Shown here piece after piece: positions 1 to 21,290 of a stretch of 64,000 nucleotides of DNA. The notes beneath the pieces are model-generated. The model did no database searches. It saw only the letters and a program-made list of their open reading frames with translations, and was not told the origin of the DNA. The number at the start of each line of letters is the position of its first letter. Position 1 is the stretch's first letter. This stretch comes from the human T2T-CHM13v2.0 reference genome, Homo sapiens: NCBI RefSeq assembly GCF_009914755.1, contig NC_060934.1; one strand, 5' to 3'. A program made the translations under genes and the position numbers.

Positions 1-363
<363 letters not shown>

Positions 364-579
364 TTATAAGGTGTCCTGGTTAAACTTTTAGCAAAATGAT
401 AGATTCAGTTTTTCCATAGTTAAAGAAGAATATTAAGAACATTAAAGAAAGGTTCAAGGATGGTAAATAATTTGAATTCCAGCTGTACTTGAAGACTTTA
501 TTGGAGGACACAGAAAGGTATAAGTGATGGTCATTATCATCAGGAGCTGGATAATTCAGTTTTTAAATAACAGCCTTCA

Positions 580-891
580 GGCTGGGCGCGGTGGCTCACA
601 CCTGTAATCCCAGCACTTTGGGTGGCCGAGGTGGGTGTATTGCTTGAGTTCAGGAGTTCGAGACCAGCCTGGACAACATGGTGAAACCCTATCGCTACTA
701 AAAATTCAAAAAATTAGCTGGGTGTGGTGGTGCACGCCTGCAATCCCAGCTACTCGAGGCTGAGGCACGAGAATTGCTTGAACCCAGGGGATGGAGGTTC
801 CAGTGACCCGAGATTGCGCCACTGCACTCCAGGCTGGGTAATAGGGCGAGACTCCGTCTCAAAAACAATAAATACAAATAAATAAATAAAT
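580..891 (+). mobile_element. AluS
   Basis: Full dimer with (AAAT)n tail; TSD aaataa.agccttca. Confidence 0.95.
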
Positions 892-1282
892 AGCCTTCAA
901 CCAATCAAGGGTTTTGATAAGATGTCAACCAGTTGCCCTGGGCTCAGTACAAAAACAACCAGGGGCATGGCATGGTCCAGGGGATTTCGGACTAGGGGTT
1001 TGAGAATTTTAAGGCATGTAAAACATTGGAATGGATTCCGTAGGATAGACTTCTGTTTTAAGAAAGCTGTTTAATATGGAGAAATTCTCAAATTTTTGAG
1101 TAGGTTCAGCTATAGAGCCTAACTTACTATTACAGACAGAGGAAAGAACTAGGTAGTATTTTTTTAAGCCCTATTCACCTCCATGACCTTAATTTTAAAC
1201 ATGCTTGCTTGGTTCTAGGGTGCCGTATCTATCTAGTCGTAACCTACTTTAATGTGAAAATGGTACATTACAGCATTAGCTA

Positions 1283-1689
<407 letters not shown>

Positions 1690-1805
1690 GGGGGGGGGTG
1701 TTTTGTTTATTTGGTTTATTGGGCTTTTTGGCATTTACAAGGAGAGGGTATTAGCTTTTTACTTGTCCTTCTGAACTCTCAGTTCCCCAAAAAGATGTTG
1801 AGTAA

Positions 1806-2165
<360 letters not shown>

Positions 2166-3745
2166 TAAAAAAAAAAAATTAAAAAAAAAAAAAAAGAATC
2201 ATGGAAGGCTGCAGAAACTTTTCAGCTTACCAACTCAGGGAGGCCCAGCAGTAGCCTCAACAGGCCCCCACCCCCACATCCAGCCATGCATAGCTGAAAA
2301 GGGCATGGCTTTGTGCCAAGACAGCCCCAGAGCCTGCTCCTCCTATTTATTCTTGGCCTTTACTTGGATGGCTCCAGGGAAGCAGCTGAGGTAGTCACTC
2401 ATTCTGCCATGTTAAGATGGGAATTGTATTAAATGAGTCTGGCAAGGTATGGGAACTGTCTATCCTTTCTTTCATTCATTCACTAAATAGTATTATCTCC
2501 TGTGTACCAGGCACTGTCCTAGGCACTGGTTGCTAAAATGGAATATTATGAACCCCATGGGCCAAGAGGACAAAAACTGCTGAGTGTATTTTCTAAACTT
2601 TGTTGGTACCTGTCCTGACTTCTGTGATTTGCCAATTTTCTTCAACCACACACCACAATTTGGGTCCAAACAAAGGTTCTTCTGTAGGCCCTGCCCTGAG
2701 AGTCAGTAGAGGGAGATCTCACTAGAGTAAAAATGAACTCTTTTTGAGGTTACAGTAAGCTATGATCATGCTACTGCACTCCAACCTGGGTGACAGAGCA
2801 AGACCTTGTCTCCCAAAAAAAAAAAAAAATTCTTTTGCAAATATGAAGCTGAAATTATACAATCCTAACAACAACCTATGATGAGCTTTACTGCTTCATT
2901 CCAGTTTCTGTTCAACTGCTGACCCTGCAATTCCTGAAAGCACAACTCCCACTGAGGTTAATAGGAGTGTTATGCGAATGTAAGTTTTGTACTTAATTTC
3001 CTCCTGCTGAGTGAGCCTTGGTTGTGTTGGACTCACAATTGTAACAATTCCTTTCCGCAGTGGGAACATGGTGGCCCCACCTTCCATGTGGCAGGGCCAT
3101 GCTGCAGTGCAATGCTCCAGGTGAGGGGGGAGATCAATTTAGAACCAAAATATTCTGGCTTAATACTACTTCATTGCCTCATATAGTAGCATGATGCCTC
3201 ATAAGCCAGAGAGAGTAAAAATGTAGACTGGCCAGTCAATGATGTTCTAGGCACACTGTAATCCAGACTTGGGTCTGATAACTTTTTTTTTTTTTAGAAA
3301 TGAGGTCTTGCTATCTTGTCTGGGCCAGACTTGAACTTCTGGGCTCAAGTGATCCTCCCATCTCAGCCTCCCAGGTAGCTGGGACTGCAGGCACATGCCA
3401 GTGAGCTCATCTCTAACTTTTAAACTAGGCCTAAAGCCACTAACCTTTTTCTCATTGGTGGAGTGAAAAGTGATGCAGGAGACAGGAAGCAAGTATTCTT
3501 TTAGATCCGGCTCTGCCGCTGAACTAGTTATTTGGCCATAGGAACATCATTTGTCCACTTTGGGATTCACTTTCTCCATCTGTCAAGTGAAGGCATTGAA
3601 CTTGGAAGACTCTCAAGTTCTCTTCCATATGTAAAAACAGATTTATGGGTCCAGATTCTGTGGAGGTCACAGTGTTTTTTCCAATTTTTTACAATCAGTT
3701 GCCCACATTTATAAATCAGAAAATTCTGTATAAAATATGAATTTG

Positions 3746-4186
<441 letters not shown>

Positions 4187-5005
4187 TCACTTTAGACAGT
4201 GTGCCACCATCCCCACCTCAAGTCAACTTCACTCACCCCTGTAGGCCTTTGAGTTTGTGACCCTTTTTTAAGTATTAGAATTAGTACAGTTTCATCAATG
4301 TTACAAGTGAGGTTTTTTTCTATCATACCTCAGATGATGGAAGTCAGTGACCTAATCTATGACACTAACATATATTTAATTCATTACAAGCAGTAGCCAA
4401 GAAGGGCACATGGAGCTTTGCAGGGACGCTCGCAGGAGGACACCAGAGAGTGCTAGAGCTGCTTATGGTAATGTGACCTACAACTCAGAGCCTAATTGTG
4501 TCAGGTGAAGTGGCCTGGACAGTTTACTCTCTGTTCTCAGAGTTAACAAGCTCCCATCACATAACTTTCTTTGTGAATATTAAATAAGCCTACGCTGGAA
4601 AGCAAATGTCAAGTTGCCAGGGAGGAGAGGTTTGCACAGCAAGTGCAGAATGATTCGTGTGGCTTCTAGGCTTTGTAGTTAATCTTTTATTAACTGTCCT
4701 TATTTTCTTTTTAAAATTAACCTTATTATTCCTTTCAACTGGATCTAACTAAGGAAATGCTATGAAGGAGGTATTTTTATTTTTGCTTTTAAATAATGTA
4801 GCAGGAGCCCATGAAGCCAGTGCAACCCTTTAAAGATGGTGATTTCTCATGGTTATGAGGAAGATTCATTGGTTTGTGTGAGATAAAAACCAGACAAATA
4901 CCCCACGTTGTTTCTTTACTAAACTCCCTTATGCCTCCCTCACAATGCTGATTTTTCTAATTTTACAGAAAACTGAGGCTGAGTATATTCAAATGGTTTA
5001 AATGA

Positions 5006-5326
<321 letters not shown>

Positions 5327-5476
5327 TAATAAATGTTAGAACAAAGGCCAGAACTTGTTCTGACTCTTATACCATTGTATTAAATGGTTTGTCCTTGTTT
5401 TCCTTTAGGGAATTTTCCCAAATTTAAGAATATAGCAACTAAAAAGGGAAATGATTACTATAAAAGTAAGGATAGT

Positions 5477-5781
<305 letters not shown>

Positions 5782-5863
5782 GTAAGGATAGTAGATACAT
5801 CTGGATTAGAGGGAGAGGTGTGTAGTCTAGTGGTCTAGAAGGGATATATAGGGGTTTTCTTGA

Positions 5864-6253
<390 letters not shown>

Positions 6254-7041
6254 TAAATATTAATAGTAGCCTTTTTTCATTTTCAAAGGGGTTCTGTTTT
6301 AGATGATATGTTATGTGTTCAGCTATTATACTGTACATTTATGTTTTATGCACTTTTATGTATTTATTATATGTCAAAAATGTTTTTAAGTTAAAAAAAT
6401 TAGTATCAGGAAGTCTGGCCTATGATCAGGAGTCCAGGCCAACCTGGGAAACCTTGCATTTGCTTTAAGATTCAAGATTACTACAGAGACCACAGCAGTA
6501 GTATTGCCAATCCAGGTGTGGACTTCCTGAACAGAGGCTGTGATGCCCCACCTTGGTTTTCTTCTGGCTCCTGTGACATGAGATAGTTAGCTTTGGTTCT
6601 TTGTCCTGCATATGGCTGGAGAAGTGGCATAGCTCTTAGTTCTAATTGTGAAGGTCAGTCCAAGATAATATATGAGAAAGTGCATTGTAAACAGTTTAGG
6701 TTTTTTCTACTTTGAGTGGCAGGAGTTTCCTAAATTCCTAGATCGGCAGGACCTCAACATCATTGCAGTGCTACCTGTCAGGTTAATCTTCCTGTAATAC
6801 AGCCTTTCTACTTGAAACTTTTTACTATAACTCCTGGATACCTACAGAATGAAATCTAAAGTCCTAAACTTGGCATTCAACGCACCACAAACTGACATCC
6901 AACCAAGTTTCCAACACTATTTCTGCTGTTCCTCTTCATTGGCTATTGAACCACATTCAACCATGTGGTGTTCCAAAAATGCTGTTCCCTTTCCAACCTC
7001 ACCTCATACTTTTCTCTCCAGTAGAATGCCTTGTTCTTTCT

Positions 7042-7336
<295 letters not shown>

Positions 7337-7525
7337 TTCTTTCTTATCTTTCAATCCCTTTGGTGGGGACCGAATGTCCGTGTCTCCCCAAAATTCATAC
7401 ATTGAAGCCCACAAGGTGACTGTATTTGAAGATGGAACCTCTAAGGAAGTACTTAAGGTTAACATAGGTCATCAGGGTGGGGCCCTGATCCAGGCGCCTA
7501 GTGTCCTTACAAGAAGAGACACCTA

Positions 7526-9051
<1,526 letters not shown>

Positions 9052-10626
9052 CTGTCTACAGTATTTTGTTATGGCACCGTGAGCACACTAAGACACCCTT
9101 TTTGGAATAGCTCTGACATGGCATATACCTAAAACTTCTATTCCTCAAAGTTCTTCAATCCTTCCCCTTTATTTTACTTCTTAAGACATTTGATGCTCTA
9201 TCTTGTATTATGTAGTTATTTATGTAAACATTTGCTAACTTCCTTGCTAGTAAGTTTTTAGGGTAACCCCTGATTCCATATTGCAGCTCTGCAGTGCCTA
9301 GTACACGGTTTGGAAGTTATTAAATATACAATATATATTAGTTGATAAATTTACAAATAAAAGGGGAAAACTAAATGAGGTGAGAAAACACAAACTTTTT
9401 ATTTAAAATTTAAAGAGGACATAGAAAATTGAGGCAATGTATTACTAAATGGGAACAAATAAGTTAAATCTTCAGTTTAGTGATATTTAAAATAAATAGG
9501 TTCCTGCCAGCAGAGGTGTTAAAATATATATATAAAAAAAATAGGTATCTCAGAGGAACTAAAAATAGGGGCGGTTTTGTTTTGTTTTGTTTCTCCCACT
9601 GACATGTTGTTTTGTCTTTGCATGGGGGGATTTGACTTATTGGAGTAGAATTTTAGCCCAGCTTCAGAGGCTGTGGAGAAAAGACCATGGGAATGAGCTT
9701 AGCTGGTATGGGAAAGCTGATATTTTATGACTAGGGTCATAAATGGAAGCTCTGGTGTCAGCACCCTGCAGGTCTGAGTCTTATGGGAGGGCTCAGAATT
9801 GGACATTCAGGACCTATTTGTTTTCCTGGCATCTTATTCCTAGTTACCATCCTCCTGTCAGAGTCTTCTTTATTTCCCACCTGTTTCTCACTTCCCAAAT
9901 GTAATTTTAAATTAGTCTTTTGAATAGGTAAGATTCATATGGTTCAACATTTTAAAACTTCTATATAGAAGTGAACTGCTTCCCTAAAAGCATGGCCTGG
10001 GTTGAGTGTTTTAGTCACAGTGATAAGGATAACCAAGCTCAGAGCCTTGCTTACACCCTTGTCCACACCTGAGCAGGAGGCTGGAAGAAACAGGCATAAA
10101 GAGCGTTCTAGAAGATTCTAGAAAATCTCACAGTGGCAGGGCTTGGCAGTCAGAGAGCAGGGGTGCTGGAGTAGGGCAAACAGTGGACTTTTAGCAGCAG
10201 AACTGTTCTCTGAGTGGCCCAGTAGGGTCAAGGGGGCAGTGGAGAAAAGGAGGGAGTGCCAGCTCAGAGCACAGAAGACCTCCCATGTGGGCACCTGACA
10301 GCCCCATTCCCAGGAACAGCGGCACCCAAGGAGCGTGGGGGCCCTTCTCAAAGAAGGATGCTTTTCCCACAACTCCATCAAAAAGCCACATTTTTCTCTC
10401 CTACCTAGTAACAATGTTCAGAAAATATTTAGCAAAAGGAGGAAAATGGGAAAGCCCTAAATAAGAGGCCTGAAAACTCTTCTTGAAATGGTAAATGGTG
10501 TTGTAGATTTTATGTTACTTTTTTTTTTAACTGTTGTGAAAAAGTCTTAGCTAAAAGGGTTCTATGTATTTGAGCAAGTGGATAGTGTTGCTTCAGAGAA
10601 ATCCCTCTCAGGGTGAACAGATTTGA

Positions 10627-11295
<669 letters not shown>

Positions 11296-11334
11296 AAGAT
11301 CTTGTGTTTTGGTGTGATTAAAATGTCATTGTTG

Positions 11335-11505
11335 GAGCCTGGTGCATTAGCTTGTGCCTATAGCTTCAGCTACTCAGGAGGCTGAGGAAGGAAGATTGCT
11401 TGAGTTTGAGCCCAGGAGTTTGAGGCTGCGGTGAGCTATGATTGTGCCACTGCACTCCAGTCTGGGCAACAGAGTGAGACCCTGTTCCCTAAAAAGAAAA
11501 AAGAA
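11335..11505 (+). mobile_element. Alu right monomer/FRAM
   Basis: Diverged single monomer with A tail. Confidence 0.8.
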
Positions 11506-12115
11506 ATGATACCGTTGAAGCAATAAATACGAATACTTTTTATAAGTAGGCAATTTTTGGAAAAAAGAAAAGCTTCTCTATAAAATCAGCTTTATGTTCA
11601 GCAACAAAATGTGTAGAATGACATTTAGTGTTTTACTTGCCATCTTTAAGAAAATCAAACTTATCAAACTTTAAAAGACTTTTAGGTCTGGATGCAATGC
11701 CTTCTAAATCCCTGAACCTACAGACTTGGGAGCTTATCTTTTGCAGATGAGAAAATTGAAGTCACCTTTCCCTTTTAGTATATAGTGAAGGATTCTGGAA
11801 AGAGAGGGTTAGTTAGGGAAGGTATGTGGTTCTAGCTTTATCTAAATGACTTGCCCAAGGTCAGACCGTCAGAACTTTAAATAGGATTGGGCAGCAGCAG
11901 CAACCATTTAGCAATCTTGGGCCTTTTGTCCCCCTTTATGGAGGTGAAATATCATAATTCAAGAGCCTCATTTTTGTTTTTCTTCCAGATTTCAGAAGAG
12001 ATCCCTAGAGGCAGGTGTTGACCTTGCCCTCCATTTAAACAAATGGACGGGCTGGGAAGTCCCTGGAAGTCACCATAAGCCTGCTCTATAGCAGGTACTC
12101 ACTAAAGAGGGTAAC

Positions 12116-12436
12116 GGCCGAGCATGGTAGTTCACGCCTGTAATCCCAGCACTTTGGGAAGCCGAGGCAGGCAGATCACCTGAGGTCAGGAGTTCGAGAC
12201 CAGCCTGCCCAACATGGCAAAACCCCGTCTCTACTAAAAATACAAAAAATTAGCCGGGCGTGGTGGCAGGCTCCTGTAATCTCAGCTACTTGGGAGGCTA
12301 AGGCAGGAGAATTGCTTGAACCTGGGAAGCAGAGCTTGCAGTGAGCTGAGATCATGCTGCTGCACTGCACTTTAGCCTGGGCGACGAGCAAAACTCCTTC
12401 CCCACCACAAAAAAAAAAAAAAAAAAAAAAAAAAAA
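12116..12436 (+). mobile_element. AluS
   Basis: Full dimer with long A tail. Confidence 0.93.
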
Positions 12437-13162
12437 GAAGAGAAACTACTGAAGCCAAAAAGCCTCCAAACTTGAAGATCCCTCTTGCTAAGGAACAATT
12501 ACTTGACTTAGGCATCTAGATTGCTCTGTGTGTCTTGAGTATACATGAAGAGTATAAACCCCCACCAACCATCCAGGATCATTCAGCAACCCTCTGTGTG
12601 AATTTGAGTTTTTTTTTTTTTTTAATATTGTAAGTTGTCTGGGTGTCCTTTCTGACCTTTTCTTCTATGAAGTCCTGAATTTCTAACTTGCTTCTAAATT
12701 GCTGAATGTCACATTGTCCTGTTGTAGCTTTCTCTGAAATGCACAGGAAATGTCTGTAGGGTTGGCAAGCTCCTCCTCCCCCGACTTCACTCCTATTCCA
12801 CACATGTACTTTCAGCATTTGAGAGCCTGTCTTCTCTCTTAGCTCCCTTAAAAACATTTGTAGTATTTCCACTTTTTATGAAGTTAAAATGGTTTATTTT
12901 CAATCCACTGAGTTAGAAGGATCATGTCTATCCTTAACCTTTGCCAAATATCCTTAAAAATCATTTTTTTCTTGGGAAACTTCCATAATGCCATTCTTAT
13001 AAATGCATGCCAAGCCTGAGCCTGTGGGTGGTTTTCTTCATCTGAACTTACTTTTCAAATATAGCAGTATGAGACTTGAGGTAGGGGAAGCAGCATCAGA
13101 AATGGAAGGGCTGGAAACTAGACTCAGGACATTGTTTAAAATAATCAGAATAAATACTTTCA

Positions 13163-13899
<737 letters not shown>

Positions 13900-13900
<1 letters not shown>

Positions 13901-14560
13901 TATTCTTCTAGGCCCCTGTGATACAGCAGTGAACAAACAGACACACTTTCTGCCCTCAGGGAGCTTAAGTTCTAGTGGAAGAAGACAGATAACAAACCAA
14001 ATCAATAATTTACATAGTGTATTAGAAAGTGATCTTTGCTTTCAAGAAAAATAAAGTAGACGCGGCATAGAGGGAGTGTTTTCCGCAAGTTTAAAATCAG
14101 ATGGCTTTTGAGCAAAGCACTAAAGGAGGTGAACAACAAGGCTATGCTGACATCTGGGGGAAGAAAGTCCCAAGCCCAGGAAACAAACAGTAAGTGCAAA
14201 GGCTCGCAAGGGAAAATCCCTGGAGTGATGGAGAAACAGTTTGGAGAGAAATTAATTTGGCTTATTATCAGTCTCCTTCCACTAGGAGAGCAGCAGGTAA
14301 TGAGGTCCGAGAAGTAACGGGAGGTAGCAGACCTTCGAGCCTAGTAGGATGTTGTAGGTCCTTTGGCTTTCTCTAGGATGAGATGGGAAGCCAATGGAGG
14401 CGTTTCAGCCAAGGGAGCAACAGAATCTCATGGACAAGATCACTTGCTGCTGGGTTGAGAAGGGAAAGGAACAGGTATCGAAGAGGAAAGATCAGTTAGG
14501 AGGCCACTGCAATCATTCCAGAAATTACTCATACCAGAAATTAATCAGAGACGTTTGATG
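13900..14560 (-). mobile_element. L2 3' fragment
   Basis: gatacagcagtgaacaaacagac...ctgccctcagggagctta..ttctagtgg is typical antisense L2. Confidence 0.75.
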
Positions 14561-14620
14561 CATTTACAAAAGCGGTGGTAGGGGGGCGCGGGATGTGCTT
14601 GTAGAATACAAAAGAGGTAG

Positions 14621-14948
<328 letters not shown>

Positions 14949-15371
14949 TGAATGTTTTAAGTTTCAAGGAAAAGACCAATTTGGCAGCTACTCTGCTACC
15001 TCGTCACCTCCAGGTGACGTTGGGAGTACTGGGGAGCTAGGTTTCCAGAACTTTTTGCTCTTGAGTGACCTAAGACCCTAGCAGAGTTTGGTCAGTGTGA
15101 TTAAGAATGAGCCTCTGTGGGTCTGTTTAGGATGCTTGCCCCCTCCCATTTCCTTAACTTGCCTGAATTCCTGCTGGGAATACAGATTCGGGGCCCTTCC
15201 CACTCTGTAAATATGGGAAAAGGTCTAGGAAGTATATACTCCTAGCAATAATATGTAGGGGTTCTATGACTAGGAAATTTGGGGAACTGTCCCCCTGACC
15301 GCTCCATCCGTAACTTCTGCACACCTTTTGGGGTACGCCGCCGACCTGGAAAGCGTTGCAGGGCGCTCATG

Positions 15372-15394
15372 CTGCCCGCAGGTGGCGCCACGTG
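15372..15394 (+). promoter_or_regulatory. Candidate CTCF site overlapping an E-box at the 5' edge of the CpG island
   Basis: CTGCCCGCAGGTGGCGCCA resembles the CTCF core; CACGTG at 15389-15394. Confidence 0.5.
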
Positions 15395-15759
15395 ATCGCG
15401 AGCCGCAGAGAGCCCGTACCCTAGGAGTCTCGAGGCGCGAGGACTGCTGGTCCGCAGCTGTGCCGGGGCCACCGACGCCGCTTACCCCGGCGGAGCGCCG
15501 CGCAGGTGGAGTTGGGGACAGCGGCCGGTGCCCCGGCTTTTTAGGCTGTGTGCATCCCAAGCCGCCTCTAGTTGGCTTCTCGGGCTTCCGGGGCAGGAGG
15601 GCGCGCGGCTTTGTGCCTACGAATTGAGAACTGGAGAGCCAGTAACCGGTGCACCGGGAACCTGCCGCCTTGCGCCGCAGGGCTTTAGTCCAAACCTGGC
15701 CGGTCCAGGCTCCGGGATCTACTACAGGGGCCCCTGGGGAGCGCGGGCCCCAGGGACGG

Positions 15760-16140
15760 CTCCTTCCCATTGGCAGCAGGACGGATGCCACGCCCCTTTT
15801 TCTTCAGCTCTCATCTTTGACTGGCTCTCGAGTCCCAGATGGCCACGCCCCCTCCCCTCGCACATACACAAGAGTCACGCGCCTTTCAGTTGGAAACTTG
15901 GCGTGCAGACGGGGACGGTGGCTCTCGTCGCCCCACCCACTTACCTTGCCATTGGTCCGCGGAGCGGCACACGGTCACGCCCCCATTCCAGCCCCCTGGC
16001 TGGGAGGGCGGGCACCCGCTTGTGATTGGCTGGTCGGCCTGCCTCTCGCGGGAGCAGCCGGCGCTCCTCTCCCTCCCTCTTTCCCTCCCGCGAGCCTCGG
16101 GGTTCCTCAGCTGGCTGAGGTGGAGTCAGTGTCAGTCAGG
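15760..16140 (+). promoter_or_regulatory. TATA-less core/proximal promoter: inverted CCAAT boxes, SP/KLF boxes, CGCG motif, pyrimidine-rich initiator region
   Basis: ATTGG at 15769, 15951, 16025; CACGCCCC at 15789, 15844, 15976; GGGCGG at 16006; TCTCGCGGGA at 16044-16053; pure pyrimidine run 16064-16089. Confidence 0.75.
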
Positions 16141-16229
16141 GAGGCGAACTGCTGAGCACTGGCCGCGGACGCTCCGTTGCAGTCTCGCCCAGGGGCCGGT
16201 ACCTGCGCTCGCGCCGCCGGGTTGAAAGG

Positions 16230-17976
<1,747 letters not shown>

Positions 17977-20435
17977 TGACCGGGATTTCTCCTTCTCCCT
18001 CTTAATTGCAAAGTTGAAAGGGTGGCGTGGATTTGGGGATGGATTGAACTAGTAAGTGCTACTAGGTTATTTTAAAGCACAAGACTGCCATCACTTACTT
18101 TTTCCCATTATCAAAAAGCAGGCTGTGTAATTTCTGTGCATGACACTTATTTATTTTTTTTTTTTTGGTCCCGTGTGTGGGCCTCTGTTCTTGAGGGGTC
18201 TGCCGCCTTCATTGTCTGGGTTCTCAGTGAGTAGGTGAAGGTAGGGGCTGGCTGATGCCATGCCATTTGGTGGACTTTAATCACAGGCATTTGGAAAACA
18301 TGTAACTAGCTTTTGTAAACCCAGTGCAGTCCTTTTTCTCCTCCTTAAACATCCACACTGGCCTTTCAAAGATCGAAGTACATTTTCTATAGCTTCTGTT
18401 CCTGCTTGCCTGGCAACTTGTGGGGAAGATTGAGGTCTGCCTTTGAGGGTAAGGGGTGGGGTAAACTAAGTATCGCCAAAAAAAATCACCCATTTTGGAT
18501 GTGACTTCTCTTAGCTAGAAAAGAGTTGTTGTTGTTGTTTTAAATTAAAGTTATTAATATGTAACTTGGAAAGATTAGAGGTTAGCCAGCCTTTTGTGAA
18601 GAGGCTGTATGTCCCGTAGCCTTCTTCACTATTTGTTTACATTTATCTGACAACAGTTACAGTTGCCCAAACCAAGTGTGATTTTGGCAGAAAGCTTGAA
18701 CCTTTAACAGTGGGATGAATCCCTCTATTGGGGCTTATTTATTTCTTGACTCTTTCAGTTTAACGTGTTCTTTTTTTCCACCTTGATCATCCGATACATT
18801 AAGTTGAAGTATGTCTCCGTCAACTCTCACCGTTCCAAGATGCTTATACAGTACATCATTTATATTTGTTCGTTTGACCATATAATGAACAGGTAAATAG
18901 CAACTTGTACTATTATTATTGAAGTTCTGAATGTTTCCAGTAAATAGTGTTATTTGAAAACCAAGGGATGCTGAGTTTTTGAATTATTAAGATGCTAGGG
19001 CATGTGCAGGTATTGAAATGTGTATGTAACCTTTCGTGACCTGATAGTCCTCAAAACCAAGTTTCCCTTCTTCAAATAGAATTTTGATCACTGGTAGTAG
19101 TCTCTCCTCTGAAAAAGGTGATATGTACCTGGTGACAGCTCACTGGATGTGATGATCTGAACATACTCAAAGAGTGTATGGTTGTCCTAATGCCATTTTT
19201 CTGGTTGAATGATGTCCTCTCTAGAACAGGATCACATTGTAGTAAGTTTTATGTAAAGGAACAGGGCAGAATGTGCTTTGAAGATTGGTAAATTTGCATT
19301 TAAAAGCAGAAGGAGGTTCTTCTGGTTTCTTAAATAGTAAAAAGAAAATGTCCAGTATCTCTAGGTGACATAGCTTCTTTTGGGGGTGTCATTCTTTCAC
19401 CACTAAGTTGTTAATTAGAGCATCTAACTTCTTTCATTTTGCAGTAATATCTGTAATACAGAAAGATATATTGGGATGTTTGGAAATGCCCCTGAAAGTC
19501 TTTCTATTGCTAAATTTCCCAATATTGATACAGATGATCTATTGCATGAGTTTTTTATTACTTAGAATTTTGCACATTTACTCATGAATTGATAACACTA
19601 GTTTGTACTTCTTGCTGAAGTCTTTTCTTCACTTCTATATCTTTTTACCTTGAGAATTTAGTTTTTCACCTCACAGCTCCTTAATGCCGCCCTTACTCAA
19701 AATTTCAAAATTCGTATTATTTTGAAATTTGTGCTTGATTGACCTTGAACAATTTTTCTATGATGGATTTATTTTCATGAGGAGCTGTTTTTCCTTCAGA
19801 ATTACCACTCAGTATTTTTTTGAAATGTATTCTTTAAATGATGGAATTACTAATATTTCCCTATGAATTCTAGAAAAATAATAATGCACAAGATTTAATT
19901 TTTGTCTTTAACTAGAATGATGTATTTGGTTAAGAAGATAGTCCAAGTTAAAGGCATACATTCAAGCTAGTGGCATATTCGGAAGAGCAGGCAAAGATAG
20001 TTGGTTGCAAATGGGAAATTTAAGCCATGATCTTAAAAGGACAGAATGGATATTTGTTACTTAAACTATGGGAATAATTGATTTTTTCACCTTCCCTTTC
20101 TTGGATTTTTTTTTTATTATCAGTTTGGTTACTTTAACCTTACTGTCAGTTATATTGGTTCTTTTTTTTATGTCTGAGTTAAAACATTTTACCTGATTTT
20201 CATGTCTTCATTTTCTAAATCAATTATGACAGTGTTAACAATCAACCTTTTATTTTTCTCTACTGAATAACGGCGTATTAAATGGTTTGAAGACTTTTTC
20301 TTCCTCTACCTCTCTCCTAAATTCCTCATTTACAAAAGAAAACCCAAAACAAAACAAACAACCCCAACAATACCAATTGTAACTCCCCAGACCAGTTAGA
20401 TCATAGATCCAGATCTCATTGAAAATTATCCTTTT

Positions 20436-20735
20436 GGCTAGGCATGGTGGCTCATGCCCGTAATCCCAGCACTTTGGGAGGCCAAGGTGGGCAGATGGCT
20501 TGAGCCCAAGAGTTTGAGACTAGCCTGGGCTACCTGGTGACACCCCGTGCCTACAAAAAATACAAAAATTAGCTGGGCGTGGTGGTGTGTGCCTGTGGTC
20601 CCAGCTCCTTGGGAGGCCTGAGGTGGGAGGATTCCTTGAGCCTGGGAGGCGGAGATTGCAATGAGCTGAGATGGTGCCATTGCACTACAGCCTTGGGGAC
20701 AAAGACCCTGTCTCAAAAAAAAAAAAAAAAAAGAA
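20436..20735 (+). mobile_element. AluJ
   Basis: Diverged dimer; TSD aaaatt.tcctt. Confidence 0.9.
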
Positions 20736-21059
20736 ACAAAATTGTCCTTCCTAGTTAAGAACTTCTGTATTGAAGACTTTCCTGTATATAGCTGTAGAGA
20801 ATTAGTCTGAGTTGTTCTTTATTAAAGAGGAGGAAATAGAATGTTCTGAATGTGGGAAGAAAAGCCACCTTTATATTAGTATATGTGAATGTCTTCTTTC
20901 TTCTTCCTTTTTTTTTTCCCCAAGAGACAAGGTCTCACTGTGTTGCCCAGGCTGGATTCGAACTGTGATTGTCTTTTTTCTCTGGCTACCAGGAAACTCT
21001 TGGCTTTATTTGAGACAGTAATTGTGCTGATTTTACAGTTTGATCATGATGATGGTGAT

Positions 21060-21290
21060 GATTATTACTTACCTATGTATTCTGTGCCAGGTACAGGGGC
21101 TGGGGCTTTATATGAATCACCTTGTTTAAATCTCAAATGGCTGAATGAAGTATTATCTCCATTTTACAAATGAGGAAATTGACTTGGGTGAAATGATTTG
21201 TTCAAGGTCACACAGTAATTTGTGCCTTGGGGTTTTAACTTAGGTCTTTGTGACACCAGAACCTGCTCTCTTAACCTCTCTCTTATGCTG
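21060..21290 (-). mobile_element. MIR
   Basis: ccattttacaaatgaggaaattga...tttgttcaaggtcacacag core. Confidence 0.7.

Noticed and set aside
12579-12872. 97-aa minus-strand non-Alu ORF
   Set aside because: GTG start, includes a poly-A-derived Lys run, no recognisable homology. A lncRNA here cannot be shown from sequence alone.
15242-16225. Overlapping 76-173 aa ORFs in the promoter
   Set aside because: CpG-island composition suppresses stop codons; no domain similarity or codon pattern.
19700-19730. 12-bp inverted repeat aaatttcaaaat / attttgaaattt
   Set aside because: Almost entirely A/T in AT-rich context; weak and plausibly chance.
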